DNA from: Candidatus Paracaedimonas acanthamoebae
GTDB taxonomy: Bacteria > Pseudomonadota > Alphaproteobacteria > Caedimonadales > Caedimonadaceae
Assembly: GCA_000743035.1 (NCBI GenBank)
Contig: CP008936.1
Span: forward strand, 1,320,001-1,352,000
Reading direction: 5' to 3'
Length of the DNA: 32,000 nucleotides
Shown here: positions 26,552-32,000 of the stretch, in pieces
Layout of the letters: every line of letters begins with the position of its first letter
How positions within the stretch are numbered: position 1 is the stretch's first letter
Position numbers and translations under genes: made by a program
The notes under the pieces: generated by a model
What the model was told of the DNA's origin: nothing
Seen by the model: only the letters and a program-made list of their open reading frames with translations
The model's database searches: none

Positions 26552-27451
26552 TTACTTATTCTTTAACATTCCAGATTTTAATAATTGTATATTTATTTTC
26601 ATCATATCAATATAAGTGGCTGCAGGTTGGTTCTTTTCAGAGAGAGCATCAGAATAGAGCATTCCACCAATAGTAGCTCCTGCTTCTTCTGCAATATGCC
26701 GAATCAAACGCTCATTGGTAATATTTTCAATGAAAACTACACCTACTCCATGTTCTTTTATTTCCTTAATAAGGCCAACAACTTCCTGAACAGACGGTTC
26801 GCTTTCTGTACTAAGTCCTTGAGGAGCTAAAAACTTTATCTGATAGGCCTCACTTAAATAACCAAATGCATCATGCGCTGTAATAACAGTCCTCTGCTGG
26901 AGAGGAATACTATTGAGCTCTTTATAAATCCACGCTTCCAAATCTTTTAGCTGTTTACGATAACGAGCTGCATTCTTTTGAATAAGTTCAGAAGATTGCG
27001 GAATTAACTCTAAAAGAGCCTTCTCAATATTATCAACATAGATCATCACATTCTTAACATCGTGCCATGCATGTGGATCTGGAGAAAACTCAGCCCCTTG
27101 TACAAATGCGCGAGATTTAATATTTTGCGACACAATGACAACCTTGGCTTTTGTCTTTGTTGATTCCAATAGACGAGGCATCCACCCTTCAAACCCGAGC
27201 CCATTCATTAAAATTAGATCGGCTTCTGAGATTAGTTGGGCACTCTCAGGCGTAGGTTCAAAAATATGCGCATCACTATTGGGACCAACCAAAGAGGTAA
27301 CAGTAACAGCGTCTCCACCTACATTTTCAACAAGGTCTTTAAGTATGCTAAAGCTGACAACAATCTTCGGCGTTGACTGAGCACTACTCAGAGAACTCTT
27401 CATCAATAAAGCTAGAAATACGAGACCCCACTTCCTCATGTGTGCCGACAC
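26552..27451 (-). CDS. metal (Zn/Mn-type) ABC transporter substrate-binding protein, TroA/ZnuA-like
   Basis: Has a signal peptide. DAHIFEPTPESAQLISEADLILMNGLGFEGW and DPHAWHD are typical cluster A-I metal-binding motifs. No His-rich loop is visible, so metal specificity is open. Confidence 0.85.
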   Translation of the reverse strand: MSAHMRKWGLVFLALLMKSSLSSAQSTPKIVVSFSILKDLVENVGGDAVTVTSLVGPNSDAHIFEPTPESAQLISEADLILMNGLGFEGWMPRLLESTKTKAKVVIVSQNIKSRAFVQGAEFSPDPHAWHDVKNVMIYVDNIEKALLELIPQSSELIQKNAARYRKQLKDLEAWIYKELNSIPLQQRTVITAHDAFGYLSEAYQIKFLAPQGLSTESEPSVQEVVGLIKEIKEHGVGVVFIENITNERLIRHIAEEAGATIGGMLYSDALSEKNQPAATYIDMMKINIQLLKSGMLKNK

Positions 27452-28281
27452 CTTAAGCTACCATAAGGACCTAAAATAACTGTCACAAGATATAAAATAC
27501 CCGCAATTAAAATAATTGCTGGGCCAGAAGGCCAACCATAGTGATAAGAAAACACTAAACCTAGAAATCCAGACACAATAGCAAAAAGAATCGCAACAAG
27601 ATAAAGAGACCATATTTCTCTAGCCCAAAAACGTGCTGTGATGGCTGGGAGCATCATCATCCCCAATGCCATTAAAGTTCCTAAGGCTTGAAAAGCTGAG
27701 ACCATATTTAAAACCACAAGTCCCATAAAAATGAGATGATATAGACTGCCACGCCCCCCTATTGATGCCATAAAAATGGGATCAAAGCACTCAAGCACTA
27801 AAGGACGAAAGATTAAAGCCATAATGAATAAGCTTAAGCTTGTAATGCTTGCAATCAAAAGGAGTGAAGCTTTATTAACAGCTAAAATTGATCCGAAAAG
27901 GATATGCATGAGATCAATGTTTTTTCCTTTAGTTGAGACAAGAATAGCCCCTAAAGCTAATGCAATTAAATAAAACCCGACAAAACTAGCATCTTCTCTA
28001 AGGACAGTTTGCCGAGAGATAAAACTCGCCAAAAGAGCAACGAGAAGCCCTGAAATCATCCCCCCAATTCCCATAGCCGGAAGAGAGAGTCCCATAAATA
28101 AATATCCTAGCGCAACGCCGGGCAAAACAGAATGAGAAAGAGCATCTCCCATCAAACTCATTCGCCTTAAAACAAGGAGAACACCTACTGGCGCACATCC
28201 CATTGAAAGCGCGATACATGCGATCAATGCGCGCCTTAAAAAAGGATATGTCAAAAAAGGTTCTATAAAAAATTCATACAT
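27436..28281 (-). CDS. metal ABC transporter permease (ZnuB/TroD-like)
   Basis: 281-aa polytopic protein overlapping both neighbours (16 nt and 8 nt) in an SBP-permease-ATPase operon. Confidence 0.85.
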   Translation of the reverse strand: MYEFFIEPFLTYPFLRRALIACIALSMGCAPVGVLLVLRRMSLMGDALSHSVLPGVALGYLFMGLSLPAMGIGGMISGLLVALLASFISRQTVLREDASFVGFYLIALALGAILVSTKGKNIDLMHILFGSILAVNKASLLLIASITSLSLFIMALIFRPLVLECFDPIFMASIGGRGSLYHLIFMGLVVLNMVSAFQALGTLMALGMMMLPAITARFWAREIWSLYLVAILFAIVSGFLGLVFSYHYGWPSGPAIILIAGILYLVTVILGPYGSLRCRHT

Positions 28282-29047
28282 TGTCTTTAAAAAACTGCAT
28301 TGTTTTGTTATTTTCTAAATTTGAAACTTCCCATTCGCGCGAATTTCGCTTGGCTTGCCGTAAATTCTCAAGAGTAAGAACTTGCTTTGTTGGACCATAA
28401 GCTATCACATTCCGAGCCAATAAAAGTGATTGGGGAAAATAGCTTTGCACAAATTCTAAATCATGAGACACAACAATCACAGTCCGTCTCTCGGCTGCCC
28501 ACCCTTTAACAATCTTGATAAGATCTTCCATAGTATATCTATCAACGGCTGCAAACGGCTCATCAAGAAGAATGACTTTAGCATCTTGCAGCATAGTCCG
28601 AGCAAAGAGAATGCGTTGAAATTGCCCGCCTGAAAGCATATGCAAAGATCGATTGGCCGTTTCTTTTAACCCAACTTTTTCTAATACTTTTTGGATAGTA
28701 ATATCTGTTTTTTGATCTATTTCTTGGAAAAAACCTTTTGTTTGAGATAAACCAAGAGCAACGACATCATGCACCGTTAAAGGAAATGTACGATCGATCT
28801 CAGTTTGTTGCGCCAGGTAAGCAATATCCTTAGGCTTTAAATGAAAGCGCTGAATCTCACCACTTTGCAAGGGAACAAGTCCCAAAATAGCTTTCAAGAA
28901 AGTGCTTTTTCCTCCGCCATTAGGCCCCAATACTGCCGTTAAGGACCCCTCCAAAAAATCAATAGAAATATTTTCAAGGGCAAGATGATTTTTATAAGAG
29001 ACAGAGACATTTTTAAAACTTAAAACAGGCTTAAGATTTTCCATCAT
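28274..29047 (-). CDS. metal ABC transporter ATP-binding protein (ZnuC-like)
   Basis: Contains Walker A GPNGGGKST, signature LSGGQFQR and Walker B ILLDEP. The start is placed at MMENLKPVLSFKNVSVSY (29047). The track start at 29146 adds 33 unlikely residues. Confidence 0.85.
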   Translation of the reverse strand: MMENLKPVLSFKNVSVSYKNHLALENISIDFLEGSLTAVLGPNGGGKSTFLKAILGLVPLQSGEIQRFHLKPKDIAYLAQQTEIDRTFPLTVHDVVALGLSQTKGFFQEIDQKTDITIQKVLEKVGLKETANRSLHMLSGGQFQRILFARTMLQDAKVILLDEPFAAVDRYTMEDLIKIVKGWAAERRTVIVVSHDLEFVQSYFPQSLLLARNVIAYGPTKQVLTLENLRQAKRNSREWEVSNLENNKTMQFFKDNV

Positions 29048-29273
29048 AAAGCCCACCATACGCCTATCCATAAAAGAATTACTGCAAGAAAAACTATCTT
29101 TATTCTTTTTTGAGCACTCCAAAGGAGGGGAGAGAGCATAGGCCACCTTTTTCTAAGTCACTTTTTATTTTTCTACTATGTGAACTCAAAAGCATGTTGT
29201 CAACGCCAGTTCGGTTATTTTCTGAACTTTCTCCTTGAGATTTAGACAACTTTCATCAAGTATAGTAAAATTA

Positions 29274-29993
29274 ATGGTGGGAGGAAAGGTGCATAATAGT
29301 GTTGTTCAATTCGAAAGAGTAAGCTTAAAATATGGTCAAGGACCCTATATTCTTGACGATGTTTCCTTGAATCTTTCCTCGGGGACTTTTCATTATCTGA
29401 CAGGGGCAAGTGGCGTTGGAAAATCCTCTCTTCTTAAGCTCATATACAGCGGCTTTAAGGAATATCGAGGAACCATCCGAGTTTTTGGCAGTGACCTAAG
29501 ATATATGAAAAATCAAGTAATGGCTCGTTACAGGCAACAAGTTGGTGTCATTTTTCAAGATTTTCTTCTCCTCGACCATTTAACAACTTTGGATAATATT
29601 GCTCTTCCCTTGAGACTAAAAGGTGAGGGATGGTCTGATAGTCGGAAAAAAGCCCAACAAATGATGAAATGGATCGGTCTTGGAGGCTTTGAAGAAGCAA
29701 TGCCTTCGACACTATCAGGCGGACAAAAGCAACGAGCCGTTATTGCACGTTCTATTATGAATAAGCCTAAACTTCTCCTCGCCGACGAACCAACTGGTAA
29801 CCTCGATGATGAAAATGCGGCTAAGCTTCTTTATCTTTTTGAAGAACTCAATCGAGGTGGCATTACAATTGTTATGGCCACACATAATAAAGACCTCACT
29901 ACTGAATTTCCGCATCCAATTATTCGTTTAGCTGAAAGTCAAATCTCAATTCATCCCCCTTTCGGACATGAAAGAGTTGCTAATAATGCTTAA
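29274..29993 (+). CDS. ftsE: cell division ATP-binding protein FtsE
   Basis: Contains [11 protein letters not shown]..., Walker [18 protein letters not shown] and [14 protein letters not shown] at 29274 is used, with GTG at 29289 as an alternative. The track start at 29235 is TTG. Confidence 0.85.
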   Translation: MVGGKVHNSVVQFERVSLKYGQGPYILDDVSLNLSSGTFHYLTGASGVGKSSLLKLIYSGFKEYRGTIRVFGSDLRYMKNQVMARYRQQVGVIFQDFLLLDHLTTLDNIALPLRLKGEGWSDSRKKAQQMMKWIGLGGFEEAMPSTLSGGQKQRAVIARSIMNKPKLLLADEPTGNLDDENAAKLLYLFEELNRGGITIVMATHNKDLTTEFPHPIIRLAESQISIHPPFGHERVANNA

Positions 29994-30882
29994 AATGAAA
30001 ACCTCAGCTATTCGCTCTGAAATCCCTTTTAATCAAATCAAAGGCTCTAAAATGGTTTTGGGGACCTTAGGGTTAATGGTTTTTCTGATCACCCTCTGCT
30101 TGAGTAGCTCTATTCTTCTTGAACGCTCTCTACAAACATGGCGCCACGAAGCAACACAAGGTTTTACAGTGATCGTCCTCTCGGCGCCAGACCCACAACA
30201 GCAATTTTTTCAACAAATAGAACTCATGAAATTTCTTAAAAAAATTCCTGGGGTTCTTAATATAGAAATTATCACTCAAGAGAAACGAACATCTATTTTT
30301 GATCACTGGACGTATTCTGCTTCGACGCCATATTCTTCTCTTTCCTTTCAAGCTATTGAAGCGACATTAGATAGTCGCGTTAAAATGAGTTTTCCTGAAA
30401 TTTCTTCAACACTTGAAACAAATTTTCCAAACGCCCGTTTTGAAGCAGGCCGAAAATCAAAAGAAACTTTTCTAAAAATCACCCAAGTTGCACAAATTTC
30501 TGTCATGATACTTGCAGGGCTCATTGGGATCGCCGCAATATTTACCATTGCATTTACAACTCATGCAGGTCTTATCATTCATGAACGCGTTATTGAAATC
30601 TTACGCTTAATTGGAGCTGAAGACCGTTTCATTGCAAAGCAATTTCAAAGACATGCTTTAAATCTCTCTGTTAAAGGTGGCATTTTAGGCTGTAGTCTTT
30701 CAGCTCTCTTCTATTCCATATTAACATCGACGATTGATTTATCCCTACTTTCATTAACATCCAAAACTTTCCCTTATGCTGAAATCTGGAGCATTATTAT
30801 GTTTTCTCCAATTCTCGTTGCTGTCATTATTATGATTTCAGCACGTACCACAGTTATGTTTGCACTTTCTCAGGAGTCATAA
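29968..30882 (+). CDS. ftsX: cell division permease-like protein FtsX
   Basis: Lies immediately after ftsE. It has one N-terminal TM, a periplasmic domain and three C-terminal TMs. An alternative start at ATG 29995 lies just after the ftsE stop. Confidence 0.8.
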   Translation: MKELLIMLKMKTSAIRSEIPFNQIKGSKMVLGTLGLMVFLITLCLSSSILLERSLQTWRHEATQGFTVIVLSAPDPQQQFFQQIELMKFLKKIPGVLNIEIITQEKRTSIFDHWTYSASTPYSSLSFQAIEATLDSRVKMSFPEISSTLETNFPNARFEAGRKSKETFLKITQVAQISVMILAGLIGIAAIFTIAFTTHAGLIIHERVIEILRLIGAEDRFIAKQFQRHALNLSVKGGILGCSLSALFYSILTSTIDLSLLSLTSKTFPYAEIWSIIMFSPILVAVIIMISARTTVMFALSQES

Positions 30883-31470
30883 GTGTTGGATCTAGTAATG
30901 CTTGACCGAGATGGTGTAATCAATGTAGATCTCCCCACATCTGTAAGATCTTGGAAGGAGTTTACCTTTCTTCCCTCCGTAGAAAATGCCATTCACACCT
31001 TAAATCAAGCTAAAATCCCTGTGGCTATTATCACAAATCAGGCGATTGTAGGACGAAATGAGCTAAGTCTTGAAGAACTTAATAACATCCACCTTCAAAT
31101 GCAAAAAAGCCTTATGGAAAAAGGTGCCCATATTGATCATATCTTTTTTTGCACAGATACAACAATTGAGCCTCATTATCGTCGCAAACCAGCCCCAGGC
31201 ATGCTCTTAGAAGCCTTAAAACACTTTAACGCACGGCCTGCCCACTCTTATATGATTGGGGATGCGTTACGAGATCTTGAAGCCGCCTATTATGCTGGCT
31301 GCCAACGAATTCTCGTACGGACAGGTAAAGGAATTATAACTGAAAAAGATGGAATCCCAACTTTTTTAGAACCTCTCCCAATTTACGATAATTTGTTAAC
31401 CGCAGTAAAAGCTCTTTTAGAAAAGCTAGACGATTTCTCTGCCAACGCTTATATTACCGAGCATCATTAA
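30883..31470 (+). CDS. gmhB: D-glycero-beta-D-manno-heptose 1,7-bisphosphate 7-phosphatase-like HAD-IIIA phosphatase
   Basis: Contains the HAD motifs MLDRDGVIN, ITNQ, RKPAPGML and IGDALRD. It starts with GTG directly after the ftsX stop, with ATG 30898 as an alternative. Confidence 0.75.
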   Translation: MLDLVMLDRDGVINVDLPTSVRSWKEFTFLPSVENAIHTLNQAKIPVAIITNQAIVGRNELSLEELNNIHLQMQKSLMEKGAHIDHIFFCTDTTIEPHYRRKPAPGMLLEALKHFNARPAHSYMIGDALRDLEAAYYAGCQRILVRTGKGIITEKDGIPTFLEPLPIYDNLLTAVKALLEKLDDFSANAYITEHH

Positions 31471-31485
31471 AGGATATCACTTCCC

Positions 31486-32000
31486 ATGAAACGTTGGTTT
31501 CTCATTCTAGCGCTTACAAGCTTTCTCAGTTGGGGTCTAGGCCTGCTATGGTTCGCTAACAGCATTCAAAAGGATGTGCTACCACCTGAACAGCCAACCG
31601 ATGCTATCATTGTGCTGACGGGCGGTGCTGAACGGGTAGCAACAGGCTTATCTCTTTTATCTCGTGGGTTAGCTCAGCGGCTTTTTATTTCTGGCGTTCA
31701 TGAGCAAGTAAAAATAAAAGATCTGTTATCGCAAATTCCTTTAAATGAACGAGAGAAAATTAACCCTGCAACAATTGATTTAGGATACGCAGCGGCCAAT
31801 ACCACACAAAATGCCCAGGAAACAGCCCAATGGGTTCGAAAAAATCATATTCAAACACTTCGCTTGGTGACTGCTAATTATCATATGCGTCGAAGCTTAT
31901 TAGAGTTTTCTCAGCGCTTACCGGAGGTCCAAATTATTCCCCACCCCATCTCACCCAAAAATTTTCATGATAAAATGTGGTGGCAGTGGCCAGGTACTTT
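31486..32000 (+). CDS. DUF218 / ElyC-SanA-like membrane protein (partial, runs off the right edge)
   Basis: My translation is MKRWFLILALTSFLSWGLGLLWFANSIQKDVLPPEQPTDAIIVLTGGAERVATGLSLLSRGLAQRLFISGVH...LVTANYHMRRS. The VLTGG...R and T..YHM.R motifs are typical of DUF218/YdcF. Confidence 0.7.
   Translation, partial: MKRWFLILALTSFLSWGLGLLWFANSIQKDVLPPEQPTDAIIVLTGGAERVATGLSLLSRGLAQRLFISGVHEQVKIKDLLSQIPLNEREKINPATIDLGYAAANTTQNAQETAQWVRKNHIQTLRLVTANYHMRRSLLEFSQRLPEVQIIPHPISPKNFHDKMWWQWPGT

Noticed and set aside
29147-29234. Search for a Zur/Fur/Mur operator in the divergent region upstream of the metal ABC operon
   Set aside because: I saw no convincing palindrome, and nothing resembling an AT-rich inverted repeat of 15-19 bp.

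Overview
This 32-kb chromosomal window reads like a low-GC alphaproteobacterial intracellular symbiont (Holosporales/Rickettsiales-like). That placement is an inference from gene content, synteny and an F-box protein. Two tightly packed housekeeping blocks flank a looser accessory segment. The left block (1-7.2 kb) holds partial addB, tsaE, acpS, trpS and two murJ paralogs. The right block (16-32 kb) holds mutS, a UbiH-family monooxygenase, rnhA, a lipoprotein, a TrxR-type ferredoxin-NADP reductase, an MFS transporter, pgk, ctaA, a CarD-family regulator, a Zn/Mn-type ABC importer, ftsEX, gmhB and a partial DUF218 gene. The accessory segment (about 4.4-16.0 kb) contains orphan Sec-signal proteins, a bacterial F-box protein, an EamA/DMT transporter and four phage-tail-module-like ORFs (642, 173, 55 and 40 aa) split into two blocks. 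It also carries a modular family of noncoding repeats. One repeat type is a REP/BIME-like hairpin with invariant GATCC...GGATGAC flanks and compensatory inner stems, arranged as inverted pairs. The other is a roughly 230-250 bp element in three copies, each upstream of a minus-strand transcription unit. All three copies conserve TTGAT(T/A)-N17-TAGCCT and an 18-nt block that opens a possible leaderless MVRD(E/D) micro-ORF. I recognised no rRNA, tRNA, CRISPR array, transposase or integrase. All homology statements come from reading translations by eye; no database search was run.
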